Source of the DNA: Elusimicrobiota bacterium
Lineage (GTDB): Bacteria; Elusimicrobiota; Elusimicrobia; F11
NCBI GenBank assembly: GCA_044221725.1
Contig: JBGAON010000004.1
Coordinates: 32,001-96,000 of the forward strand
Length of the DNA stretch: 64,000 nt
Reading direction: 5' to 3'
Made by a program: the position numbers and the translations under genes. Shown piece by piece: positions 27,561-40,100 of the stretch. The notes under the pieces are model-generated. The model saw only the letters and a program-made list of their open reading frames with translations, was not told the origin of the DNA and made no database searches. Positions within the stretch are counted from its first letter, which is position 1. Every line of letters begins with the position of its first letter.

Positions 27561-30038
27561 TCAGGCCTCGGCTTCCGCGGTTTCCGCGACCACTGAAGCA
27601 ACCGCCGCAACCTTATCGCCTTCTTCAAGACGAACCAAGCGTACGCCTTGGGTATTGCGAGAGATGACGGAGAGATCTTTGCAATGCAAACGAATCGCGA
27701 TGCCTTTTTCGGTCATAATCATTACATCGTCTTTGTCTGTGACAAGGCGAATACCCACCACCGCTCCGTTTCGATCGGTTGCTTTGATCGTGATAATCCC
27801 TTTGCCGCCACGGGACTGATCACGGTACTCGGAAAGTTCGGTGCGTTTTCCATATCCGTTTTCACAAACGGTGAGCAGCGTGACGTCTTTTTCGGCTTTT
27901 GAGTCCACGACTTCCAATCCGACCACTTGATCACTGTCTTCAAGCTTTATACCGCGCACACCGCCGGCGCCGCGACCCATCGAACGAATATCGTCTTCGG
28001 GGAAACGGATGGACATTCCACCGCTTGTGGCGATCATCACGTTTTGTCGGCCGTCGGTATACTTTGCTCCTATTAATATATCCCCTTCGTCCAAGCCCAT
28101 GGCGATGATGCCGGATTTGCGGATGCTATCGAATTCACTGATCGCCGTTTTCTTGATTTGGCCACCGCGCGTGCACATCGTGAGGAAACCATTGGCGTCT
28201 TCGGTGAACGAGCGAATCGCAATCGCCGCCGTAATCTTCTCGGTGTTGTCGATCGGAATGAAATTGGCCATTGCTTTTCCGCGCGCCGTGCGACTCGCTT
28301 CCGGAATTTCGTACACACGAATCCCGTAAACGCGGCCGCGGCTCGTGAACAGCAGCAGATGCGCGAGCGTGCTCGTGATGAAGATCTGCTCAACGAAATC
28401 TTCTTCCTTCGTTGTCATTCCGGTCAAACCTTTCCCACCGCGACCCTGCGCATGATACGTGTCGGCCGGCAGACGCTTCACATAACCAGCGTGGGAAATA
28501 GTGACCACCACTTCTTCGTCCGCAATCAAATCTTCAACGTTGAACTCTTCAACGGAAGCCTGCACCTGCGTGCGGCGCTTGTCGCCGTAGCGTTCTTTGA
28601 TCGCCAGCAATTCTTCTTGAACGATTGCCATCACTTTTTTCGGGTCGGCCAAAATTCCTTTGAGGCGTGCGATGGTTTTGATCAATTCTTTGTATTCGTT
28701 CTCGAGGGCTTCGCGTTCCAAGCTTGTGAGCTGATGAAGCCGCATGTCCAAGATGGCTTGCGCTTGAACTTGTGAGAATTCGAAGCGATCAATGAGGGCT
28801 TGGCGAGCGGTTGGCGTGTCTTTTGATTTGCGAATAATCTTGATCACTTCGTCCAAGTGATCGATCGCGATGCGCAATCCTTCCAATATGTGGGCGCGCG
28901 CTTCGGCTTTCGCCAATTCAAATCGGGTGCGGCGCACGATCACTTCTTGGCGGTGCGCCAAGTAATGCGTGATCATGTCTTTCAGCGACAAGACTTTCGG
29001 TTTTCCGTTAGCGAGCGCAAGCATAATGACACCGAACGATGTTTCGAGCTGCGTCATTTTGTACAGCTGGTTCAAAACAATTTGCGCGTTGCCGTCGCGT
29101 TTGATCTCGATGACCATCCGCATCCCTTCGCGGTTTGATTCGTCACGCAGGTCGGAAATATCGTTCACTTTTTTCTCGCGGACGAGACCCGCGATGTTTT
29201 CCAACAGCACCGCCTTGTTCACTTGGTAAGGGAGCTCGGAAACAATGATGGCTTGGCGGCCACCTTTGATGTCTTCAATATCGGTCTTCGCACGAACGCG
29301 CACGCTGCCGCGGCCCGTTTCAAAATAATCTTTGATGCCCTGTTTGCCGAGAATGATGCCGCCGGTTGGAAAATCCGGGCCTTTCACGTATTTTGAAAGT
29401 TCCTTCACTTCAATGTCGGGATTCTCGATGACCGCGACGGCCGCGTCGCAGACTTCGGTCAAATTATGTGGCGGAATATTCGTGGCCATACCGACCGCGA
29501 TGCCGGACGATCCGTTCACAAGCAGATTCGGCAAACGCGCGGGCAAGATCAACGGTTCTTGCAACGATCCGTCATAGTTCGGTCCAAAGTTAACGGTTTC
29601 TTTGTCGATGTCGGCAATCAGCTCTTCTTCGATGCGCGCGGGGCGCACTTCGGTGTAACGCATGGCGGCCGGCGAATCGCCGTCCACCGATCCAAAGTTA
29701 CCTTGGCCGTCAATTAGCGGATAGCGCAGCGAAAAATCTTGCACCATGCGCACGAGCGCGTCGTAAACGGAAAGGTCGCCGTGGGGGTGATATTTACCGA
29801 GCACGTCTCCAACCACGCGCGCGGATTTTTTGTACGGCTTGTTGTAGGCCAACCCCATCTCATCAATCGTGTAGAGAATTCGGCGGTGCACCGGCTTCAG
29901 TCCGTCGCGCACGTCCGGGATAGCGCGACCCACGATCACGCTCATCGCGTAATCGATGTAAGACGTTTTCATTTCATCTTCGATGTTCGTCGGTGTGACG
30001 CGGAAATCCATTTGCTGCGGGTTTTCGTCTTTGGCCAT
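27561..30038 (-). CDS. gyrA: DNA gyrase subunit A
   Basis: [22 protein letters not shown], GyrA-box QGRGGKG. Confidence 0.98.
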   Translation of the reverse strand: MAKDENPQQMDFRVTPTNIEDEMKTSYIDYAMSVIVGRAIPDVRDGLKPVHRRILYTIDEMGLAYNKPYKKSARVVGDVLGKYHPHGDLSVYDALVRMVQDFSLRYPLIDGQGNFGSVDGDSPAAMRYTEVRPARIEEELIADIDKETVNFGPNYDGSLQEPLILPARLPNLLVNGSSGIAVGMATNIPPHNLTEVCDAAVAVIENPDIEVKELSKYVKGPDFPTGGIILGKQGIKDYFETGRGSVRVRAKTDIEDIKGGRQAIIVSELPYQVNKAVLLENIAGLVREKKVNDISDLRDESNREGMRMVIEIKRDGNAQIVLNQLYKMTQLETSFGVIMLALANGKPKVLSLKDMITHYLAHRQEVIVRRTRFELAKAEARAHILEGLRIAIDHLDEVIKIIRKSKDTPTARQALIDRFEFSQVQAQAILDMRLHQLTSLEREALENEYKELIKTIARLKGILADPKKVMAIVQEELLAIKERYGDKRRTQVQASVEEFNVEDLIADEEVVVTISHAGYVKRLPADTYHAQGRGGKGLTGMTTKEEDFVEQIFITSTLAHLLLFTSRGRVYGIRVYEIPEASRTARGKAMANFIPIDNTEKITAAIAIRSFTEDANGFLTMCTRGGQIKKTAISEFDSIRKSGIIAMGLDEGDILIGAKYTDGRQNVMIATSGGMSIRFPEDDIRSMGRGAGGVRGIKLEDSDQVVGLEVVDSKAEKDVTLLTVCENGYGKRTELSEYRDQSRGGKGIITIKATDRNGAVVGIRLVTDKDDVMIMTEKGIAIRLHCKDLSVISRNTQGVRLVRLEEGDKVAAVASVVAETAEAEA

Positions 30039-30059
30039 AAATTGGCTTCTCCTAAAATC

Positions 30060-30139
30060 GTCGCCCTGGAATGTCCCTATCCAGGGCCCACTTTACCTGA
30101 GGTAAAAATGGATCCTGGCTTACGACATGCCCGGATGAC
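30060..30139 (+). repeat. ~80-bp palindromic REP-doublet-like element, copy 1
   Basis: GTCGCCCTGGA..ATCCAGGGCCCA..TTTACC-TGA-GGTAAA..TGGATCCTGG..CCCGGATGAC between gyrB and gyrA. Confidence 0.85.
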
Positions 30140-30141
30140 AG

Positions 30142-32980
<2,839 letters not shown>

Positions 32981-33017
32981 AGTAAATTTTGTCGTCGATA
33001 AAATTGCCGCGCGTTCG

Positions 33018-34151
33018 TCAGAAACTCGTAGCAACCTTTTCGCGTTGCACGCCGGTCTCGTCCACGCGGTAAACAGCGGCCGGAAGCGCGCGGCCTTGCG
33101 GCCAGGATTCCAAGCCGGTCATCGTCACGAAGCATTGGCCGGTCCGCGACAACTCATCCAACAAATGCGCCGCGCGTTGCGCGTCGAGTTCGGACAACAC
33201 GTCGTCCAACAAACAAATCGGTTTCTGGCCCACCTTCTCGTGCACGTATGGAATTTCGGCCAATTTAAATGAGACAGCGCAGGTTCGCTTTTGTCCTTCC
33301 GAAGCAAAAAATCGCGCGGGCCGATCGTTCAACACAAACGCAAAGTCATCGCGATGCGGGCCGATGAGAGTAACACCCGACGCCATCTCCGCCGTTTCCA
33401 AATTCCGCATTTCGCCAGCCCAACGTTCGGCCGCTCCCAAATCCCAAGGCCCCGCAAACGACGGCCGATACTCGAGCCGAATGGTTTCTTTGCCACCACT
33501 GATCTGCTGTTGCACCGCATTCGCTCGTTCCGAGAAATTTTCCAAAAATTCGGAGCGCTTTTGGCAGAGCGCGATGCCATGCTCAATGACCGCCTGGTTC
33601 CACGGAATTATCTCGACCGCACCCGCTCTGCCCTCCGCCATTTGTCGCAGCACGGCGTTGCGTGCTTTGACCGCATCGGCGTACACGCGCAACTTTTGCC
33701 CATACACCGGATCCACCTGACACAAAATCATGTTAATGGCGCGCCGCCGCAAATCGGGCTCACCTTTAACCAACGACAAATCTTCTGGCACGAAACTCAC
33801 GAGCGGCACGCGGCCAATCAAATCTCGGAGTTTCACCGCAATCTTTCCGTTTTGACGAATCACGCGCGTGGAACCCAGTCGGTATTTCATCTCAAGCGTT
33901 ATCGGATCGAAACCCGACTGTTCGTAAACGAAATCGCCTTTAAGGGCGAACCCATCGTTTCCCCACATCACGAGGCTTTCGGTTTCGGCGCCGCGCGGTG
34001 ACACGCCGGTTGCGAGCACCGCCACCGCTTCAATTAAATTCGTTTTTCCTGCGCCGTTGGATCCGATTAACAAATTCACGCCAGGTTCAACGCTCAGTTC
34101 CATTTCGCGATAACTGCGAAATTGACGAAGCGTAATAGACCGCAAAAACAT
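33018..34151 (-). CDS. recF: DNA replication/repair protein RecF
   Basis: GSNGAGKTN, GPHRDD, ASEGQKR, LLDDVLSELD. Confidence 0.97.
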   Translation of the reverse strand: MFLRSITLRQFRSYREMELSVEPGVNLLIGSNGAGKTNLIEAVAVLATGVSPRGAETESLVMWGNDGFALKGDFVYEQSGFDPITLEMKYRLGSTRVIRQNGKIAVKLRDLIGRVPLVSFVPEDLSLVKGEPDLRRRAINMILCQVDPVYGQKLRVYADAVKARNAVLRQMAEGRAGAVEIIPWNQAVIEHGIALCQKRSEFLENFSERANAVQQQISGGKETIRLEYRPSFAGPWDLGAAERWAGEMRNLETAEMASGVTLIGPHRDDFAFVLNDRPARFFASEGQKRTCAVSFKLAEIPYVHEKVGQKPICLLDDVLSELDAQRAAHLLDELSRTGQCFVTMTGLESWPQGRALPAAVYRVDETGVQREKVATSF

Positions 34152-34172
34152 CGGAGGGGGGAAAAGAAAGTC

Positions 34173-34251
34173 GTCGCCCTGGAAAGCCTTTATCCAGGGC
34201 CTATTTTACTGCTGATAACTTGGATCCTGGAGAGCGACATTCCAGGATGAC
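34173..34251 (+). repeat. ~80-bp palindromic element, copy 2
   Basis: GTCGCCCTGGA..ATCCAGGGCCTA..TGGATCCTGG..TCCAGGATGAC between dnaN and recF. Confidence 0.85.
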
Positions 34252-34260
34252 GGTTGTTCA

Positions 34261-35370
34261 TTAGATTTTCATTGGCATCATTACGTAACGGTACGACTCA
34301 TCGTCGGCCGGACGAATAACACCGGGGTTGAGCGGCGTGGTGAGTTCGATCACAACATCCGATTGATCCAACGCTTTCAGCACATCGATCAAATAAAGTG
34401 GGTTAAACGCAACTTCAAGTTCGTTGCCTTCGTAATTGGTTGGTAATTCGGATTCCACTTCGACGCGACCTTGAGCGGAGGCTTGAATCTTAATAAGGCC
34501 TTTCTCGAGCGTGAGACGAATGGAACCACCGCGCTCAAGCGTTCCAACCGCCACGCGCGTGACCGCCGATAACAAATTGGCTCGGTTCAAACGCAATTGG
34601 ACTTCGCGGGATTTCGGAATCACTTGTTCAAAATTTGGGAAATGCCCCTCAATGAGACGCGAAAGAACAACGGTCGACCCATCGGAGAAACTGGCCTGAT
34701 TGTCTGTAAATGAGACTTTAAGATTTTCGTGGTCCGCCGATTTTTCCGATACCATGCGCATCATTTCTTGAACCGCTTTGGTTGGAATGATGACTTTGAT
34801 CTGAAGTTCTTTCCCAGGAATAGGGCGCTGAATGTAAGCAAGTCGTCGTCCATCGGTGGCCACGGCCGTTGCTTTGCCCTGCTCCACAATAATATGAACA
34901 CCGTTCAGCACATACCGTGTTTCATCCGACGAGGCAGCGAACATGGTTTTTTTAAACATTTCGTGCAGCGTGGCGCGCGGAATGTTCACGGCTTTCGATT
35001 CCTCAAATTCTGGAAGCACCGGATAATCTTCTTTTGGAAGTCCGGTGATGTTCAAACGATCGCGACCCGAACGAACTTCCACTTTATTGTTTTCAACCAC
35101 TTCGATCTTTACTTCACGGTCATCTTCCAACGTGCGCAAAAAGTCCGCCAAAATCTTTGCTGGAATCGTTACGGCACCGTTTTCAATAACATCGGCCTTC
35201 ACCCAGCTTCGGATTCCAACTTCCAAATCCGTGGCCGATAAGCGAAGTCCTTTGTCCGATGCTTCAAAAAGAATATTTCCCAAAACCGGAAGTGTGCTTC
35301 GTACCGAGATCGCGCTTTGCACGGTTTGAATGCCTTGAAACAAATCCGCTTTGTTTAAGTGTAGTTTCAT
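34261..35370 (-). CDS. dnaN: DNA polymerase III beta clamp
   Basis: TLPVLGNIL, SATDLE, ETRYVLNG, VATDGRRL, C-terminal MMPMKI; real start ATG 35370. Confidence 0.97.
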   Translation of the reverse strand: MKLHLNKADLFQGIQTVQSAISVRSTLPVLGNILFEASDKGLRLSATDLEVGIRSWVKADVIENGAVTIPAKILADFLRTLEDDREVKIEVVENNKVEVRSGRDRLNITGLPKEDYPVLPEFEESKAVNIPRATLHEMFKKTMFAASSDETRYVLNGVHIIVEQGKATAVATDGRRLAYIQRPIPGKELQIKVIIPTKAVQEMMRMVSEKSADHENLKVSFTDNQASFSDGSTVVLSRLIEGHFPNFEQVIPKSREVQLRLNRANLLSAVTRVAVGTLERGGSIRLTLEKGLIKIQASAQGRVEVESELPTNYEGNELEVAFNPLYLIDVLKALDQSDVVIELTTPLNPGVIRPADDESYRYVMMPMKI

Positions 35371-35379
35371 GTACTGACT

Positions 35380-35606
35380 TCTTTTATTTTGTGAAGAAGA
35401 AGACGTAGTAGTAGTTGATGTGTTCGCTGGCATAATAACTGGGTCCTCCCAGGTCAAATGTGCTGATATTTAGAAACTTTGGCTAAATTCTTTTATTCGA
35501 CGTCGTGTGGGTAACTTTCCCAAACCATTCGCGCTGTCCCCAAGCAAAAATCTTATCCACTATTTCGAACAACTTACTCCCAAATTACCCACAACTTATA
35601 AACAAG
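35380..35606. other. Chromosomal replication origin oriC (DnaA-trios plus DnaA boxes)
   Basis: dnaA-dnaN intergenic region; boxes TGTGGGTAA 35506, TTATCCACT 35553, TTACCCACA 35585, TTATAAACA 35596; trio run AAG AAG AAG ACG TAG TAG TAG 35394-35414 next to an AT-rich tract. Confidence 0.85.
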
Positions 35607-35609
35607 GTC

Positions 35610-35646
35610 GTCACCCCGGAAATTTTTAATCCAGGGCCCATTTGAC
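35610..35646 (+). repeat. Half copy of the palindromic element (copy 3)
   Basis: GTCACCCCGGAAATTTTTAATCCAGGGCCCATTT matches the left arm of copy 4 with one mismatch. Confidence 0.8.
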
Positions 35647-35651
35647 GAACT

Positions 35652-37049
35652 TTACTCTGGCGTGACGAGAAGTCCCTCTTCGCGAATATCTTGCGTGATT
35701 TTGTTCACGAGCGCGACAAAGTAAGGGTCACCACTCAATTTGTTTTTGATCTTTGAGGCCGCGTGCATGACCGTCGTGTGATCTTTGCCACCAAACCCAT
35801 TTCCAATTTCGACAGTGGAAAGTTCCGTCAGCGTGCGGCACAAATACATGGCCACTTGGCGCGGGAACGCGATGGCGTCCGTGCGGCGCTTCGATTTCAT
35901 GTCGCGAATATCCAAATTAAAATGGCGAGCCACCACGCGTTGCACCTGATCAATCGTCACCGGCGTTGCGTGTTCCGGTGCGCCGAGAATATCTTTCAGT
36001 ACGTGTCGCGCAGTATCGACGGTCAATGGCGATCCCGTGAGACTGGCGTACGCCATAATGCGAGTAATGGAGCCTTCGAGTTCACGAATGTTTGTTTTGA
36101 TGTGCGTCGCAACGAACAGAATCACGTCGTCGGGGGCTTGCAGCCCAGATTCAGCGGTTTTTTTGCGCAGAATCGCGATGCGCGTTTCCAAATCCGGCGG
36201 TTGAATATCGGCAATCACGCCCCATTCAAAACGAGAGATCATGCGATCACCAACCAATGTTTCTTTCGGCGGACGATCGGAACAAATCACGATTTGTTTG
36301 CGCGAATCGTAAAGGGAATTAAATGTGTGGAAAAATTCTTCTTGGGAGGAATCTTTGCCCATGAGGAATTGAATATCGTCAATGAGCAAACAATCAAGGT
36401 TGCGGTATTTCGCGCGGAACTCTTTCATTCCTTCGAAGCGAAGCGCGTTAATAAATTCGTTGATAAAGCGTTCGCTCGAGATGTAGGTCACGCGCGCGTT
36501 GGTCTGCGTCTGCGAGATTCGGCGCGCGATGGAGTGCAGCAAATGGGTTTTTCCAAGGCCCACGCCGCCGTAAATGAAAAGAGGATTGTAAGTGCGGCCT
36601 GGGTCGCGCGCGACCGCTTCAGCGGCGGCTTCGGCAAAACGGTTTGACGGGCCGACAACGAACGTGTCAAACGCGTATTTGGATTCAATTTTCAATTCGT
36701 CGGCGAACAAGGCGGTTTTTTCCTTCGAGGACGAGCTGAGCTTTATATCGGTGGATCTTTTGTATTCGTAGAGCGGAGGAACGATTGGTTCTTCCACCTG
36801 CATTTCAAATTCGAGCTTGATCGGCGAACCCGCCGCTTCGGACATCAGGCTTTCAATACGGGATTGATAATGCGCTTTAATCCAATCGGAAAAGAACCGG
36901 TTCGGTACGCGCAGCGCAAACGTATTGTCTTCGTAGCGAACAGCTTTTAGGGGTTTGAGCCACAAGTCAAACGTTTCGTCTTTGAGCTCGGGTTTTAATT
37001 GCGTTAAAACATGCTCCCACAGCTCTTCGCGCGTCTTGGTTATGATCAT
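35652..37049 (-). CDS. dnaA: Chromosomal replication initiator DnaA
   Basis: YNPLFIYGGVGLGKTHLL, LLIDDIQF, NIRELEG, GGKDHTTVMHA. Confidence 0.99.
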   Translation of the reverse strand: MIITKTREELWEHVLTQLKPELKDETFDLWLKPLKAVRYEDNTFALRVPNRFFSDWIKAHYQSRIESLMSEAAGSPIKLEFEMQVEEPIVPPLYEYKRSTDIKLSSSSKEKTALFADELKIESKYAFDTFVVGPSNRFAEAAAEAVARDPGRTYNPLFIYGGVGLGKTHLLHSIARRISQTQTNARVTYISSERFINEFINALRFEGMKEFRAKYRNLDCLLIDDIQFLMGKDSSQEEFFHTFNSLYDSRKQIVICSDRPPKETLVGDRMISRFEWGVIADIQPPDLETRIAILRKKTAESGLQAPDDVILFVATHIKTNIRELEGSITRIMAYASLTGSPLTVDTARHVLKDILGAPEHATPVTIDQVQRVVARHFNLDIRDMKSKRRTDAIAFPRQVAMYLCRTLTELSTVEIGNGFGGKDHTTVMHAASKIKNKLSGDPYFVALVNKITQDIREEGLLVTPE

Positions 37050-37099
37050 GTTAGTTGGGTATCCGTCGGAGGAAAAATTTTGTGCGTCAAGAAGCAGTG

Positions 37100-37128
37100 A
37101 GCATAGAAAAGCGGGCTCACAAGGTCAA
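37100..37128 (-). promoter_or_regulatory. Sigma70-type dnaA promoter
   Basis: TTGACC-N17-TATGCT about 50 nt upstream of the dnaA ATG. Confidence 0.7.
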
Positions 37129-37136
37129 TTTATTGT

Positions 37137-40100
37137 CTACGCGGCTGCGAGCATCGTGTGCACCGAGCGGAAATTCTCATTCCAACGCGGAAGGGGCGAT
37201 CCCGAATTTGGACCACGAGCGGGCATTTTTTGCTTTTTCGGCCGCGACCCCAGCAGCTGATTGATTCCCAGTCTCAGCATTCGACTGGACAATCGAAATT
37301 CGATGTCGAGGCCCACGAGGGCAAGCGCGGTCCCCAACAGGCGTAGTTCTGCTGGCATCGACTCGGTCATAAAAAGCAGCAAGCCCGCCAGGCCGAAAAG
37401 AGGAAAGAGTCGCTGGGCTGGCGGGCGACGCGTGCGTTGCTGTTGTCGCGCGCGCGAGATCGCTGTCCAGGCGCCCGGTGTGAGAACAATGACGCCGCCA
37501 TGGCCGAGTTGGCGACTGCCACTTTCGGGGTGTGCGGTCGATTTTTGGAACATGGAGCCTTGGCGGCCGAGCGTTGAATTGCTGATGGATGGCTCCTCGC
37601 TGGCGAGCCACGCAGGAATTTTTAAGCCGAACGCCGAAAACAGTCCGACGCGAATCCAGTGTTGAACGTCGCCGCTGGTGCCGCCGAGAATCGCGGACTT
37701 GAGCCCTGCTTCGCGTGCGATTTCGGTCATTTGGGCCAGCGACGGTTCCTTGGGACCCGTCTGTTTGCCCCACACCTGCAAAATTTTAATCTGACCCTGG
37801 GCGTCCAGCCCAAACACCGTCATCGCCAGTCGATTTTTTTCGTCCGCCCACCCAAGATCAAGTCCTTGTTCGGCGGGTTTCTTGCCAAAGCGCGGTTCGC
37901 GCGCTTCTCGATCCGAGCGAGATACATTCGGATTGGACGACAGCTGCAGCGTCGGCATTCCGTCATCGAGAATTGGAACGCCTGAAAAACCACTTTGGAT
38001 CGGATTGGCGTTCCGGCGTTCACCGTTTGCGGCGAACAGATAGAGTTTTCCGTCGTGCTCGCCGATCCAGTCGAGAGCGGAACCGTCGAGTGCCGTCAAC
38101 TTTGGCCGATCGTTTTGGTCCATCGGGTATCCGTGATCGTCGAGGAACAATGGATAGATACCGGTTTTGTCCGGATCAAAAACCATGACCCAGTGGATAC
38201 CGTACGGCTTGCGCGGCGTTTTTTGGTTGATGCCAAGCCCTTGCTCGCGCACCACAAGCGCACCGTCCCAAATCACGAGCCAATTCGGTTCCCAAGCATG
38301 GCCTTGGCTCAAGTTCAGGCCAAAGAAGGCGCGGGTGGTCGCATCCGCATCAATGGATACCGGTAAACTGCGCAATTCTTCCGGCGAATGCCGCGCGGAT
38401 TCCGCGGCGCTCCACCGCGCAAACGTTTCCACCCACCCGACGACGTCTTTTCCTTTTGGGATAGCCGGATCGCTGAACAGATCCAGCGCATTCGCGTGAC
38501 GAACCGCATCATCCCAGCCTTGCCACAGCTGAATCGAACCCGGTTTCGCCGTAAATAGAAGGCCGCGCACATCGAGGTCGGCTCCGACCGCGTGCACACT
38601 TTCAAAACTGATTTGATCGGCCAACGAAATCTTGTGATTGATCCAGACCGCGACGCGCGGCCAGCTTGCGAACACTTCATTGAAAAATCGCTGAACAATA
38701 AACCCCGCGGCCGCCCCGACTTCGATGCCGAAGCGGTCCGTCGGATTCGCGAGCATAGCGAGCACGACCGTGCTCGACGCGACGAGCGAGGCCGCCAGAG
38801 AAATGCTCCACGCGGTCAAAGATACTTGGCCCGCGCGTTTCGAAACCCAATTGTGTTCGGTCGTATCAAACACATGCACGCGCGCAAGACGCAGCACCGA
38901 TAACGCAACAATTGCCGCCCACAGCAGTCGATTGGTGGGCCCGAACGCGTCAACCAAAATGGCCAATGCAATATTCTCGACGAGCGGACCGGGCCAGCGC
39001 AGCGCAACGACGGGCGACACTTTGTAGAAACCCGTCCACAAAAATGAAAGGAAAATCGGCGGCGGCATCTGCTCGTACAACGATTGCAGCGATTGGCGCT
39101 GCGGATCGGGCGCCAATGAAATGTAGGGCAGTTCGACGCCGTACAATCCGTGACGATAAAAATATTTTTGGAGCGCGAGTGTCACGAGAAGCGGGCGGCG
39201 GGTTGCCGAAGCATCGTCGGTAAACGTAGCACGGTCGGTAACGACGAGCTCGCGCGGCCGCTCAACGGACGAGGTCCGCCCCTGGCCCGGCACGAAACGC
39301 ACAATATTCCGAGAGACACCATAATCCCCGAGCAATTGATCAATCTGCGCGAGATGATGCTTATCGTTCGCGTTTGATGAATCGATCACGAACACATGAT
39401 TAACCGACGTGAGCGTCGGAACCGGTTCCGAAAGCGTTTGTATGAGAGGATGCACGGCGCGAGCGATTTCCCGCGTCATCCAGACTCGCTTGTCGAACGG
39501 CACGTTGGACGTTTCCTGCGGATCCGGAGCAAAAAACAGTTGATACCGGGTTCGCACACCGACGCGCTGTTCGGTTACCTTTTCCAATGTATCCAGCAGC
39601 AGGCCGACGTGGTGGAAGCCCGGCGGGTCGAAGCGTTCTGGTAAGACAACGGCGACCGTTGGGATGTCTGCGGGTCCATCGCTCAACACGACATCGCCAA
39701 ACTGAACGCGCGCCCACAAGGCTTTGTACGAGTGGTTAAATTTGAAAATGATGTGTTGAAGTTCGCGCACATCGCTCACGTTTTCCGCTCGAAACCGCAA
39801 CAATTTCCGCAGCTCGCGATAGAAACGCTGATAGATTTCCGAAAGCAGGTCCAGCGATTTCTGGTCCGGCCGGACAATGTGGCGGTCGTCGGCGCGGCGT
39901 CCATCCCAGAAAAACTCGGAACCGTCGCGCTTCAGATAGCGAATAATTGGCGTATCCGATTGGCCAACCACCGGATCAATCACGTCGTAAACAGGCGAGT
40001 ACTGCGCAGCGTCGTTCGAGGTTGATGAGACATCATCCCCGATATTGAAATCAATGGTGTTGTCTCGACCACCAATGTGAATGAATGTGAGCCCGTTCCC

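Noticed and set aside
35371..35457. N-terminal extension of DnaN (TSTTTTSSSS)
   Set aside because: Artefact of translating through the DnaA-trio repeats; homology starts at ATG 35370.
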